Shown piece by piece: positions 1 to 9,950 of a stretch of DNA of 64,000 bases. The DNA lies in contig CAYHYA010000002.1 in assembly GCA_964360815.1 (NCBI GenBank), forward strand, positions 1,371 through 65,370. Direction: 5' to 3'. Numbering within the stretch: the stretch's first letter is position 1; the number at the start of each line of letters is the position of its first letter. Position numbers and translations under genes: made by a program. This DNA comes from an uncultured Candidatus Saccharibacteria bacterium. GTDB lineage: Bacteria > Patescibacteriota > Minisyncoccia > Phycocordibacterales > JACOZG01. The notes under the pieces are model-generated. The model had not been told where the DNA came from and ran no database searches. It saw only the letters and a list, made by a program, of their open reading frames with translations.

Positions 1-384
1 TTTTTCGATCAGAACGATCATGTGGCCGATAAATTCCGTCGCCCGTGGCCAAACGGCTGGACGAAGAATATTCAGCTTCTCAATCTCGTCAAAAAATATT
101 TGCTCATAACCGACCGCTAATTCTTTGGCCGATTGACCACGGGCGCGGCTCGTAGCAATAATCTTGTCGTCAACATCGGTAATGTTGATGACCTGCCGAA
201 CGGAAAAACCACTGCGCTCGAGCGCGCGCCGAAGCAAGTCGCCCGTGACAAAAGTTCGCAGATTGCCAAGATGTGGTGCGGCATAAACCGTCGGCCCACA
301 GGTATAGAAACTGACCAAGGGCGGCCGGGCCGGAGTAAAAACTTCTTTTTGTCCGGTTAAAGTGTTGTGAAATTTTAAAGCCAT
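1..384 (-). CDS. cysS: Cysteinyl-tRNA synthetase, 5' part (runs off the window start)
   Basis: Manual translation from ATG at 384: MALKFHNTLTGQKEVF...YTCGPTVYAAPHLGNLR...INITDVDDKII; CGPTVY, HIGH-like HLGN and NITDVDDK motifs. Not in the ORF track. Confidence 0.93.
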   Translation of the reverse strand, partial: MALKFHNTLTGQKEVFTPARPPLVSFYTCGPTVYAAPHLGNLRTFVTGDLLRRALERSGFSVRQVINITDVDDKIIATSRARGQSAKELAVGYEQIFFDEIEKLNILRPAVWPRATEFIGHMIVLIEK

Positions 385-1307
385 CGGCGTTCTTTGGCCA
401 GAGCAAACATGAAGCTGATCAACAAGACCATGATGCCCAGAACGAAAAACAAATCATGCGGTTGACCCACCAGTGGCAGACTCGTATTCATGCTAAAAAA
501 TTGCGCGACGATGGTCAGTGGAAAAAAGATAAAAGCCAAAACCGCTAAAACCTTCATTGTTTCGTTGGTTTTAATTGACAACAGGGAATCGTTGGTTTGG
601 CGGAGATCAAGAAAGGTTTCGTGGTTGTTTTCGAGCATGGTCCAAATTTTTTCGTATTCGCCAAGAATTGCCGAAAGATAGTATTGGAAGTTTTGATCAA
701 AAAAATCGCGAGTGACGATAACAAGCGAGTCAAGTGTTTGTCGATGAGTTTTGAGGGTCCAGCGGAAATCAAGCAGGTCGCGGTTAACCGAAGACAAAAG
801 ACGAACCATGGCCTTCTCTTCACCGGAAAAAATTTTTTGCTCGGCCTGTTTCAGCAAGCTGTTGATATAATCAAAACCGGTCGAGAGCGAACCGTAAAGA
901 TGTTTAACCAAATAAAAGAAGAGGTGTCCGGCGTGAACGTCGTCGCGTCTTGTACTGGTCTCTTTCAGTCGCGTGGCCACAAACACGCGAGCAAATTCCG
1001 TCAGGCCTTCAATCGGTTGATAGTGAACCGTGAGTAAGAAATTTTTTCCGATGACAAAGTCAATTTCTTCGTGATCTTGACCGTTCGAAACCGGCTGACC
1101 GTAGCAAACACTGCAAATCGGAAAATGAAGAATGAGATAAATAAAATCGGCGTAGCGATCGACCCGCGAACGACGAGAGGGGAGACTCAATTCCTCGGCG
1201 ACCAATGGGTGAACACCGTACTCAGAAGCAATTTGCCCGACTTCTTCCGTGGTCGGTGTTTCGAGATCAATCCAAACCAAACCGTCGTACTCTTGCCGTC
1301 GGATCAT
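375..1307 (-). CDS. corA: CorA-family Mg2+/divalent cation transporter
   Basis: WIDL N-terminus, NETMKVL, two C-terminal TM helices with FSMN (GMN-like) motif. Confidence 0.88.
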   Translation of the reverse strand: MIRRQEYDGLVWIDLETPTTEEVGQIASEYGVHPLVAEELSLPSRRSRVDRYADFIYLILHFPICSVCYGQPVSNGQDHEEIDFVIGKNFLLTVHYQPIEGLTEFARVFVATRLKETSTRRDDVHAGHLFFYLVKHLYGSLSTGFDYINSLLKQAEQKIFSGEEKAMVRLLSSVNRDLLDFRWTLKTHRQTLDSLVIVTRDFFDQNFQYYLSAILGEYEKIWTMLENNHETFLDLRQTNDSLLSIKTNETMKVLAVLAFIFFPLTIVAQFFSMNTSLPLVGQPHDLFFVLGIMVLLISFMFALAKERRWL

Positions 1308-1337
1308 ACAATCGATTATACTGTTTAATAATCAACG

Positions 1338-2540
1338 ATGCAAAAAATAAAAAAGTTAATTAGCCGTCTTGGTTGGCCCCTGCTTTTTGTTTTGGCGGTC
1401 GGTAGTTCGTTCGTGGTTGGAACCCTCGTCGGTTATGAAAAAGAAACGGCGGCCAAAGATATTAGCAATATTGATCTGGCGCCGTTTTGGCAAGTTTGGC
1501 GAGTGATTGATGATAAATTTATTGGTCAAGGAGCAACCACCACCGACGAAATGAGGGTGCGTGGCGCGATTGCCGGGTTGGTTGATTCGCTCGGCGATCC
1601 TTATACCATCTTTCTACCGCCAACCGAGAAAAAAAACTTTGAAGAAAATATCACTGGCAATTTCGGCGGTGTCGGAATTGAAATTGATTTGCGTCACCGC
1701 GTTTTGACGGTCGTATCGGCGCTCGTTGGTACGCCGGCCAAACTGGTTGGAATACTACCGAATGATCAAATTATTAAAATAGACGACACCGCGGCCGTTG
1801 GTTTGAACATTGACGAAGCCGTCGCCCTGATTCGAGGTGAAATTGGCACCGAGGTTAGGTTGCTGATCGCTCGAGAAGGCGAGACAAAGCCGCTCGAATT
1901 CAAAATCAAGCGCGCCAAAATCGTTATTCCAACCTTGGAAACCGAAACAAAAGACGGAATCTTCATCATCAAACTACACAATTTTAGCGCCAATTCACCG
2001 ACGGCTTTTCGAGGGGCTCTGCGCGAGTTTGTGACCAAGCGCGGAAATAAAATGGTCCTCGACTTGCGAGGTAACCCGGGCGGACTGTTGGAAGCGGCCG
2101 TTGATTTGGCCAGTTGGTTTTTGCCGGCCGGGCGAACCGTGGTGACCGAACGGGGTAAAGATCCAAACAAAGAAAAGGTTCATCGGAGTTACGGTTACAA
2201 CATTTTTAAGCGGAAACCCAAACTCGTTGTCTTGATTGATGGCGGGAGCGCTTCGGCGTCCGAGATTTTAGCCGGCGCTTTGGCTGAGCACGGGCTGGCC
2301 ACTCTGGTGGGGGAGAAGACTTTCGGCAAGGGATCAGTGCAGGAGTTGGTTGACCTCGCCGATGGCAGCTCACTTAAGATCACTGTGGCCAAATGGTTTA
2401 CTCCCAAGGGCGTTAGTTTGTCGGATAACGGCTTAACCCCGGAGGTGCTGGTTGAGCAAAAACCGGAAGATCGAGAGGCCGGAATCGATCGGCCGCTCGC
2501 TCGCGCAATAGAAATACTAAATGGCCGTAGTGTCAAGTAG
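1338..2540 (+). CDS. ctpA: S41 family C-terminal processing protease (PDZ + S41)
   Basis: DPYT, GGVGIEI, DLRGNPGG, SASASEI, GEKTFGKGSVQ motifs; N-terminal TM. Confidence 0.92.
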   Translation: MQKIKKLISRLGWPLLFVLAVGSSFVVGTLVGYEKETAAKDISNIDLAPFWQVWRVIDDKFIGQGATTTDEMRVRGAIAGLVDSLGDPYTIFLPPTEKKNFEENITGNFGGVGIEIDLRHRVLTVVSALVGTPAKLVGILPNDQIIKIDDTAAVGLNIDEAVALIRGEIGTEVRLLIAREGETKPLEFKIKRAKIVIPTLETETKDGIFIIKLHNFSANSPTAFRGALREFVTKRGNKMVLDLRGNPGGLLEAAVDLASWFLPAGRTVVTERGKDPNKEKVHRSYGYNIFKRKPKLVVLIDGGSASASEILAGALAEHGLATLVGEKTFGKGSVQELVDLADGSSLKITVAKWFTPKGVSLSDNGLTPEVLVEQKPEDREAGIDRPLARAIEILNGRSVK

Positions 2541-2574
2541 GCGGGAGCAGGGGAGTTCGCTATGATGGCAAAAT

Positions 2575-3018
2575 ATGAAAGTTTTATTGCTCAACAATGT
2601 TCCGGCTCTGGGTCAACGATTTGAACTGAAAGAGGTGGCGAGTGGCCACGCGCGTAATTTTCTTATCCCCAAGGGCTTGGCGATAATCGCTGATGTTGCA
2701 GCTCACAAACGAGTTGAGTTCTTAAAAACAAAACAATTTAACGAAGATAAGAACCAACAAACGCGCGTGGAAAATATTATTAAAAATTTGTCGGATCAAA
2801 CACTCAAGATTGAAGCCAAGGCCAACGCCCAAGGCCATCTCTTTGAGGGTTTGGACGAGAAACGAATCGTGGCGGCAATTAAGAGTCAGACCGGAATTGA
2901 GGCCGAAGAAAAATGGCTCAAATTAGACCGCCCAATTAAGGTCACCGGTGAGCACGAATTAACAATCACAGGCGGAAAATTGAGCGGTCAGATCAAATTG
3001 ATCGTCACCGCTAGTTAA
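2575..3018 (+). CDS. rplI: 50S ribosomal protein L9
   Basis: [13 protein letters not shown]...[16 protein letters not shown]. Confidence 0.95.
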   Translation: MKVLLLNNVPALGQRFELKEVASGHARNFLIPKGLAIIADVAAHKRVEFLKTKQFNEDKNQQTRVENIIKNLSDQTLKIEAKANAQGHLFEGLDEKRIVAAIKSQTGIEAEEKWLKLDRPIKVTGEHELTITGGKLSGQIKLIVTAS

Positions 3019-3283
3019 TCGAAACTTCTTTGACTGAACGAACTCGAGAGTCGAAGTTGGTTTTGCGGCGATCGCGAAAATGAACCCGACCGGGCTTAAG
3101 AGCAAAGATGGTATGATCAACACCCAGACCGACGTTCGACCCAGCCAAGTAGCGCGTCCCGCGCTGACGGACAATAATCGAACCGGCTTTCGCCAACTGG
3201 CCCTCGGCCAATTTAACCCCAAGAAATTTTGGCTGGGAGTCACGTAGGTTTTTCGCGGTACCACCAGCTTTTCGATGTGCCAT
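3011..3283 (-). CDS. rpmA: 50S ribosomal protein L27
   Basis: MAHRKAGG...[11 protein letters not shown]...IIVRQRGT. Confidence 0.96.
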   Translation of the reverse strand: MAHRKAGGTAKNLRDSQPKFLGVKLAEGQLAKAGSIIVRQRGTRYLAGSNVGLGVDHTIFALKPGRVHFRDRRKTNFDSRVRSVKEVSIN

Positions 3284-3285
3284 AT

Positions 3286-3618
3286 ATGGATAATATAAAC
3301 CCTTGGTTAGAAAAAATCAAGCCCGTGATCGGGCCACTTAACTTGGTGTTGGTGGCGGCCCTAGGATTCGGTCTTGGTCGGTGGTCAAAAATAGAGGAGC
3401 AACGCGAGCCGGTTTTAATCGAAAATAGTACAACATCCGATAACGTAACAACCAAAAGTCAGGGCCAAGTGGTTGGGTCAAAAAACGGCAACAAGTATCA
3501 TTACCCGTGGTGTTCGGGAGCACAGAGAATTAAAGAAGAAAATAAAATTTGGTTCACATCAGTTGATGAAGCCAAGAAGGCCGGCTATACGCCGGCCGCC
3601 AACTGCCCGGGGTTGTAA
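3286..3618 (+). CDS. Membrane-anchored protein with Ada-like metal-binding domain
   Basis: TM helix then [13 protein letters not shown]...IWF...[13 protein letters not shown]; start at 3286 chosen to avoid overlap with rpmA. Confidence 0.7.
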   Translation: MDNINPWLEKIKPVIGPLNLVLVAALGFGLGRWSKIEEQREPVLIENSTTSDNVTTKSQGQVVGSKNGNKYHYPWCSGAQRIKEENKIWFTSVDEAKKAGYTPAANCPGL

Positions 3619-3664
3619 TGTCGCACAATATATCTTTTGCGACAATGACGGCATTTGGTTTTGA

Positions 3665-4114
3665 TTATGATCGCTTCTTATCCCAACACCGCCGACTCCA
3701 ACGCCAGGCACTTTTACCCTGATTATCCATAACCCACATGGCGTACTCAATATTACCCTCAAGCGTGTAGATATCCAGACCAAGCTCGCGGCTCTTCTCT
3801 AGATGGTATTTTTCGTTGATTTGGAACGTCCCGACGTCTTGCGGGTTAACTCGGCCACGCAAAACCTCACCAGCTCGATTGTAGTGATTAAGGTTGCTTT
3901 CGCAACGGGCAATTAGCGTGGCGATTTTCGGATCAACCCCGTAATCTTGGCTAGTTTGATCAATTAGTTCGCTGACCAATTCTGATTGAGTCGCCGGAAC
4001 AACAAGCGTCGGCACGCTGGTTGAAGCCACGGAATCAATTGAGGAAACGCTACCAAGTTGGGCCACAGCCAAAAGGCCAGCCAAACCGATTTTCGTTAAG
4101 GTGTAAGTGTACAT
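3665..4114 (-). CDS. Secreted lysozyme-like/lytic transglycosylase (SLT-like) protein
   Basis: Signal peptide; IARCES (catalytic Glu), GTFQIN, GNIEYA, WRWS..CW. Confidence 0.72.
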   Translation of the reverse strand: MYTYTLTKIGLAGLLAVAQLGSVSSIDSVASTSVPTLVVPATQSELVSELIDQTSQDYGVDPKIATLIARCESNLNHYNRAGEVLRGRVNPQDVGTFQINEKYHLEKSRELGLDIYTLEGNIEYAMWVMDNQGKSAWRWSRRCWDKKRS

Positions 4115-4120
4115 AAAACC

Positions 4121-4244
4121 AAAAATAACTAGACAATAAATTGTCTAGTTAGTCAAAATTAGTATTAATCAAGCGGACCGAATCAACTGCGACTACCCTA
4201 TCCAGTCCTAGTTCTAGGATAGCATACCGGCGATTCTTTGTCCA
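4121..4244 (-). promoter_or_regulatory. Promoter plus structured leader with terminator-like hairpin upstream of the SLT-like gene
   Basis: TGGACA-17-TATCCT (4244-4216); stem 4175-4208; inverted repeat 4126-4151 followed by a T-run just before ATG 4114. Confidence 0.5.
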
Positions 4245-4354
4245 GCGGCGAAATAATTACCCGATGAACCTGCAATCCGCATTGTAGACTCAATAAGGAG
4301 GAGGAAGCTTAACGACCGTTCGCCAGGCTTCCTCCGCGAGGGAATTAGAAGTAT

Positions 4355-4906
4355 CTAGGTTCTGATACCTCTAATCCTCGACCACACGATCCACCACCCC
4401 GGGGGAAGGATGAGGTCTGGAAATCCTTCTTGTCTGATAACCCCGCCGGTCCCCTCACAAGAAAAACAAATTTTCCCAAGCCCGCGACCCTGAAGGTCGT
4501 ACTCGGACACATAATAATGGATCGTAAGGCCTATAACTTCTACCTCCCACCCGTGACGAATTTTTTTTAGGGGAAGCCCGTCAACCCCCTTCCTCGCTTC
4601 GACGTATTCATCCGGACGCCATTGGGGGGCGTTACGGTGGCGCCACAGACGCAGTTTTCCCTGCGACAGGGTCTCCGCTGCACCGTAGGCACTCCACACC
4701 CTACGCTCACATTTCTCCGAGGAGCAATTCCAAACCTCCGCCCCGTTGGGATCACCCTCGTCGGTCCTAACGAGGAGAGACCGGCATGCCCGACACTTTC
4801 CGTTGGCGATATCCTCCGCGTCGAGCTTGTCGAACCCGTAATAGCTCCGTGCCCCCGCGGCCTCTTCATACCCGCCTCCTAAAGTCAGTGGCTCTAACCT
4901 GCCCAT
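4355..4906 (-). CDS. Hypothetical protein with possible Zn-ribbon (CRAC...CSSEKC)
   Basis: 183-aa ORF with its own promoter (TTGACT-17-TACCAT), AAGGAG SD and downstream hairpin (about 4300-4336). Confidence 0.65.
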   Translation of the reverse strand: MGRLEPLTLGGGYEEAAGARSYYGFDKLDAEDIANGKCRACRSLLVRTDEGDPNGAEVWNCSSEKCERRVWSAYGAAETLSQGKLRLWRHRNAPQWRPDEYVEARKGVDGLPLKKIRHGWEVEVIGLTIHYYVSEYDLQGRGLGKICFSCEGTGGVIRQEGFPDLILPPGWWIVWSRIRGIRT

Positions 4907-4993
4907 TTTTTATCTCCTTTTCAATGTTCAAGACTTTGTTTACAAAACCAAACCTCTCCCTATGGTAGCATATTCAATATAAAAAGTCAAGCT

Positions 4994-5158
4994 TTACCAG
5001 GATTTTAACCAAACGAGAATTTGCTCAAGCCAGATGGTAACTCTATCAATTACCCCGGCGAAGATTTGCCTAACATCAATCTGAAGATAAGAAAAAATCG
5101 CGACTACCACAATGATTGTTAAAATTAACTTAATAAATCCAGCTGATTTCTGTTGCAT
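4994..5158 (-). CDS. Small membrane protein with pilin-like N-terminus (54 aa)
   Basis: Manual translation MQQKSAGFIKLILTIIVVVAIFSYLQIDVRQIFAGVIDRVTIWLEQILVWLKSW; TATAAT upstream; below ORF-track cutoff. Confidence 0.6.
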   Translation of the reverse strand: MQQKSAGFIKLILTIIVVVAIFSYLQIDVRQIFAGVIDRVTIWLEQILVWLKSW

Positions 5159-5192
5159 GTTACAGCTGATTATATTACAAAACCGTTTTTAT

Positions 5193-6458
5193 TCAAAGAT
5201 AGACCAACGGATCAAGATAAGCGTTGGAACTGACTAGCGGCATGGTCACACTCGCTCCGGCGCAGGATTTGAAATTGTATTTGTCTATCTTGACTCCTTG
5301 AGTGGCCACCACGCCGAGGTGGAGATGCGGGCCGGTGGAATAACCGCTCTGGCCGCTATAAGCAATCACCTGACCCACCGCAACTTGTTGCCCCGGACTG
5401 GCCTTAATCACCGATAGGTGGCCATAGATGGTGCTTAGGCCGTTCGGATGACGCAACAAAACCCATTTGCCGTAAGAAGCCCCGCGACAAGCCGGATCAG
5501 TATCCCCGACCCCGATCACTTCGCCGCTTCCCGCCGCTTTAACCGGTGTCCCAATCGCCGCGCGGAAATCAACGCCATTGTGTGTCCCCGAGAGATAAAG
5601 ACGTTTAGCGTCAACCGTTTTACCAAATTTTTGAGTAATGAAAATTGAATCAAGCGGCCAACGCAAAACCCCGCGCCCGGCCGGTGGCAAACGGTTGGGA
5701 TCAATGATAATTTGTAATTGTGACTCGAAATCGAAAAGCTCTTTTTCGAAAGCATTTTTACGAGCGATCGTCGTGGCCAGGAGTTTCCGATAGCTGACCT
5801 CTTCTTTCTTGGTGGCCTCAAGTAGACGATCTTTTTCGGCCTGGTTATATTTAGCCACCTCGCGCTGATCGCTCAAACGTTCTTTCAGGTCGGCGAGCCG
5901 TTGGCGCTCTTTTTCGGTTTCCCCCTTTTTTTGGTTCAAGTCTTCTTTGATTAAAGACAAGGTGGAAATGTTTTGTTGTAAATCACGTTGAAAAGCCGAC
6001 AACTCACTGATCCTGGTCCAAACGTCAGACGTGCGATTATGGTCAAGCAAAATCTCAACGAGGGATTGACTTTCGGTCACTCGCCATTGCCGCAGAGCTT
6101 CGCCGATCGCGAGGCGACGATGCTTAAGGGATTGGTCTTTATCGCCGATCTCCAGGGCCAACTTTTCAAGCGTCAAATCGGTTTTAAACACTTGATTCTC
6201 GGTGACCTTGATTTCGGTTTCGAGCTTTTTCTTGGTGGTATCGAGTCGAGCAATTTCTCCGATTAGGTTTTTAGACGTTTGTTCCGTTGATTTCAACTCT
6301 TCTCGATAAACCTCGATGGTGGCTTCCAGCTTTTTAATCTCATCATTATGGTTGCTAATTTTTGACTTAAGCTCATCAATCGTAGCGGCCTGTACTGGGC
6401 CGCTCAGGAGAAAACCAAAAATAAAAAATAGCAACCTAATTCGAAGTTTTGGCGGCAT
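5193..6458 (-). CDS. M23 family peptidoglycan endopeptidase with long coiled coil
   Basis: Signal peptide, coiled coil, HNGVD, YGHLS, STGPHLH motifs; start set at MPPKLR. Confidence 0.9.
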   Translation of the reverse strand: MPPKLRIRLLFFIFGFLLSGPVQAATIDELKSKISNHNDEIKKLEATIEVYREELKSTEQTSKNLIGEIARLDTTKKKLETEIKVTENQVFKTDLTLEKLALEIGDKDQSLKHRRLAIGEALRQWRVTESQSLVEILLDHNRTSDVWTRISELSAFQRDLQQNISTLSLIKEDLNQKKGETEKERQRLADLKERLSDQREVAKYNQAEKDRLLEATKKEEVSYRKLLATTIARKNAFEKELFDFESQLQIIIDPNRLPPAGRGVLRWPLDSIFITQKFGKTVDAKRLYLSGTHNGVDFRAAIGTPVKAAGSGEVIGVGDTDPACRGASYGKWVLLRHPNGLSTIYGHLSVIKASPGQQVAVGQVIAYSGQSGYSTGPHLHLGVVATQGVKIDKYNFKSCAGASVTMPLVSSNAYLDPLVYL

Positions 6459-7704
6459 GTTCAAGACGAAGGAGGGTTTCTTTTTTACCCAAAATATCGG
6501 CAATAGTAAACGGGTCCGGTGACTTTTCGAGACCGGTTAAAGCGACCCTAAACGGCCAAAGAACGTTACTTTTACCGTGTTGTTCGGCGTAAGGGAAAAT
6601 AGTTGCCCGCACTTTCTCGGCCGTAAAATCATCATCTGGTAGTTTTTCTAAAATTTTTTTCAATGGTTCAAGATGGTCTTGGTTTCGCAAAAGAGTTCGA
6701 GAGTAAATCGGCAGTGCTAAAAAATAACCAAACTCGCCGGTCGGTTCTAAAAAACGCGAAACATCATTTAGCGTGACCATTCGTTCACGAAGTAGCGGCA
6801 AGATTTTCCGGATTAACGGTTGATCGAACCCGGCTGGTATTTGTCGAATGATCATTTCCTCGGGCAAAAGTTTGAGATATTCGCGATTAAGCCAATTTAA
6901 TTTAGTCACATCAAACACCGCTCCCCCTTTCTGAATTTTTTCCAGTGAAAATTTTTCGATTAATTCGGTCAGAGAAAATATTTCTTGTTCCGTGCCCGGA
7001 TTCCAGCCAAGTAAGGCCAGATAGTTGATCAGAGCTTCCGGCAAATAACCGCGCTCGCGATAGTCGGTTACCGACACGGCGCCGTGGCGTTTTGATAGTT
7101 TCGAGCGATCGGGAGCGAGAATCAGCGGAATGTGAGCGTAAATTGGCCGCGGCGCGCCGAGGGCTTCTTGGATTAAAATTTGCCGCGGCGTGTTGGAAAT
7201 ATGGTCTTCGCCACGAATCACGTGGGTAAGGCCCATTTGCCAATCGTCAACCACTACGGCAAAGTGATAGAGCGGCTCATTAATATTTCGGGCGATGATA
7301 AAATCACCAAGTTCGGTGGTATCGAAGCTGATTTCACCCCGCACCAAATCGGTGAAGGTAATTACTCGACCAGGATTACGAAAACGGATTACCGGCGCTT
7401 CTGGCGAACGGTATACGGCACCGGTGACGAGCAAACGCTCGAGTTCGGTTGTGTAAACTGCCGTCCGTTCGGATTGCCGACAGGTCTCATCAAACTTAAA
7501 TTGAAGCCACTGGAGACTGTCCAAAATACTGGCCTCGTATTCTGGTTTTGATCGTTCGCGATCGGTGTCCTCAAACCGCAAAATTATTTTGCCGCCCATT
7601 TGTTTGGCGAATAAATAATTAAACAGGGCGGTCCGGGCGCCGCCAACGTGTAGCGGCCCGGTCGGACTCGGTGGAAATCGAACAATAACAGAACTACCTT
7701 TCAT
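6436..7704 (-). CDS. gltX: Glutamyl-tRNA synthetase (compact)
   Basis: RFPPSPTGPLHVGG, RFEDTD, RGEDH, KLSKRHG. Confidence 0.94.
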   Translation of the reverse strand: MKGSSVIVRFPPSPTGPLHVGGARTALFNYLFAKQMGGKIILRFEDTDRERSKPEYEASILDSLQWLQFKFDETCRQSERTAVYTTELERLLVTGAVYRSPEAPVIRFRNPGRVITFTDLVRGEISFDTTELGDFIIARNINEPLYHFAVVVDDWQMGLTHVIRGEDHISNTPRQILIQEALGAPRPIYAHIPLILAPDRSKLSKRHGAVSVTDYRERGYLPEALINYLALLGWNPGTEQEIFSLTELIEKFSLEKIQKGGAVFDVTKLNWLNREYLKLLPEEMIIRQIPAGFDQPLIRKILPLLRERMVTLNDVSRFLEPTGEFGYFLALPIYSRTLLRNQDHLEPLKKILEKLPDDDFTAEKVRATIFPYAEQHGKSNVLWPFRVALTGLEKSPDPFTIADILGKKETLLRLEHAAKTSN

Positions 7705-8842
7705 GACTCAAAGCGATTTTGATTAGTTCTTCGGCGATCAAGCGTGCGGCGTTCGGTTTGGAAAAATTTTTGGCATTGAGGCGCATGGTTTCTAATAGCT
7801 TTTGGTTTTTGAGTAAACGATTGATTTCCGTCAGCAGGACTGACGGCAAGAGGTTATCTTGTTCAATCACCACCGCCGCGCCAGTCCGCGCGTAGGTGAA
7901 AGCATTGGTGCGTTGGTCGTGGCTAATTTTTTCCGGAATGGGAATTAGGATCGCCGGTATCCCCCACTCGGCAATTTCGAAAATAGTTGAACCAGCCCGA
8001 GAAATAACCAGATCGCTCACCCCCGCCACCATCCGCATCGCTGATTCGTTTAGGTAATCAAAAAGTTTATAGCGATCGGCCTGGGGATGACCAGCGAGAA
8101 CGGTTTGCGTTCGCTTCTTGATATCGGAAAAATTGTCTCTACCAACTTGATGGATGACGGCGTATTCTTTAAGCAACGATGGTAAAATATCTACCACCAC
8201 GTCGTTGATGGCCCGAGCACCCTGCGAGCCGCCGGTGACAAAAACGACCGGCCGGTTTGGCTCAAGTTGTAAAAATTCTCGGGCCCCCTGACGCAGGGGG
8301 TGTTTGAAGTTCATCCGCAGAGGGTTACCGGTTACGGCGATTTTTCCACGATCAGCGGGTTTAAAATAGTCCACCGCTTCCGGATAAGAAACAGCGATGC
8401 GTTTAGCGAAGCGACTGGCCCACAAGTTGGCTCGGCCGGGACGGGTGTCGGATTCGTGGATGAAGACCGGCAGGCCAAGCCAATGCGCCGCCCAAACCAC
8501 CGGCACACTGGCGTAGCCACCCTTACTGAAAACGACGTCGGGGTAAATAAAGTAGAGTTTAAACAGGGCGGTCACGAGACCGAGCCCCAACCTCACCAAG
8601 TCAAAAAGATTGCGCAGAAAATTTCTCGGCGTAAAATAGCGCCGCCATTTGCCTGAAGCCACGGCCACAAACTCGAGTCCGTTGTCGAACAGGGCCCGGT
8701 GGTCGTATGGTTGTTCCGATAAAAAATAAAGTTTAACGTTTACCAACTTGCGTTCTCGGGTAAGCGCATTGACCTCTTCGGCCACAGCGATAATTGGATA
8801 GAAGTGCCCACCCGTTCCGCCGCCAGTAAAAACTATTTTCAT
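7694..8842 (-). CDS. murG: MurG glycosyltransferase
   Basis: GGGTGGHFYP, KGGYAS, TGNP, GGSQGA, RAG. Confidence 0.95.
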   Translation of the reverse strand: MKIVFTGGGTGGHFYPIIAVAEEVNALTRERKLVNVKLYFLSEQPYDHRALFDNGLEFVAVASGKWRRYFTPRNFLRNLFDLVRLGLGLVTALFKLYFIYPDVVFSKGGYASVPVVWAAHWLGLPVFIHESDTRPGRANLWASRFAKRIAVSYPEAVDYFKPADRGKIAVTGNPLRMNFKHPLRQGAREFLQLEPNRPVVFVTGGSQGARAINDVVVDILPSLLKEYAVIHQVGRDNFSDIKKRTQTVLAGHPQADRYKLFDYLNESAMRMVAGVSDLVISRAGSTIFEIAEWGIPAILIPIPEKISHDQRTNAFTYARTGAAVVIEQDNLLPSVLLTEINRLLKNQKLLETMRLNAKNFSKPNAARLIAEELIKIALSHER

Positions 8843-9942
8843 ATAAGGTTTCTTCTACTCTGTTTAGCAACGCTCAGAATAATACCACAACCAATCAGGG
8901 AGAACAGAAGGGAACTACCGCCGTGGCTGATAAAAATAAGTGGGATACCGGTTAGGGGGACTAGCCCCAACATCGAAGCAATGTTGACGAAAGCGCCACT
9001 CGAGATTGACATAACCACTCCGGCAACCAACAAACGGCCAAAGTGATCCGAGGCCCGGAGAGCTAAACGGAAACCCCAGACACTAAAAATGATGAAAGAC
9101 AAAATAATCAAGATCCCACCAACCAGGCCGAATTCTTCCCCAGCCACGGCGAAAACCGAGTCGCCGATCGGTTCGGGCAGGTGCCGAAATTTTTGAAGAC
9201 TTTGACCAAACCCGCGTCCCCACAAACCACCAGAACCGATGGCGACGAGTGATTGGTTGATTTGGTAAGAACTGGTTAAAACGTTAGCTTCTGGATTAAG
9301 GAAAGTTTCAATTCTCTCTCGAGCATAGTCTTTGGAAATAATCACTGTGGTTAAACCAAAAATGGCCAAGAGGAAAATTACCAGCAGGTGCGACCAACGT
9401 CCACCAGCGACGAAAAACATGGTCACGGACGTTATCAACAAGATGAAAAAGGTGCCGAGGTCCGGTTGGAGAACCAGAACTACTCCGGCGATGGAGACCA
9501 ACAACAAAAACGGCAACAATCCGGAGCGCCAGCGAGTCAACTGCACCCCCGGTCGAGTTAGCCAGGCGGCGAGATAAATAACCAATCCAAGTTTTAAAAA
9601 TTCTGACGGTTGGAAGGTGCGCGAACCAATTAAGAGCCAGCGCCGCGCACCGCCCGACTCAAAGCCGAAACCGGGAATAAATACGAGCAAGCTAAGAACC
9701 ATGGCCGAGAGAAGAATCGGCGTCGCCAGGCGCCGCAATAAGTGGTAGTCAAACTTGGCGCCAATCAACAGGGCCACCAGCCCAGCGAGCAGGATAACGA
9801 GTTGGCCAAACGCCACTCGACCGTAACTCGCCCCGCCGCGATTTAACAAACCAAGTGAAGCTGAAGAAAAAATAAAAAATCCAAATAAAACAAAAAACAA
9901 AATGAAGATGAAAAAAGAACGATTGAGCGAGCGCGCGCGCAT
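8839..9942 (-). CDS. ftsW: SEDS family protein (FtsW)
   Basis: GARRW, FQPSEFLK, QPDLGT, PLTGIPLIFISHGGSS; lies between mraY and murG. Confidence 0.9.
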   Translation of the reverse strand: MRARSLNRSFFIFILFFVLFGFFIFSSASLGLLNRGGASYGRVAFGQLVILLAGLVALLIGAKFDYHLLRRLATPILLSAMVLSLLVFIPGFGFESGGARRWLLIGSRTFQPSEFLKLGLVIYLAAWLTRPGVQLTRWRSGLLPFLLLVSIAGVVLVLQPDLGTFFILLITSVTMFFVAGGRWSHLLVIFLLAIFGLTTVIISKDYARERIETFLNPEANVLTSSYQINQSLVAIGSGGLWGRGFGQSLQKFRHLPEPIGDSVFAVAGEEFGLVGGILIILSFIIFSVWGFRLALRASDHFGRLLVAGVVMSISSGAFVNIASMLGLVPLTGIPLIFISHGGSSLLFSLIGCGIILSVAKQSRRNLI

Positions 9943-9950
9943 GAAGTTGG

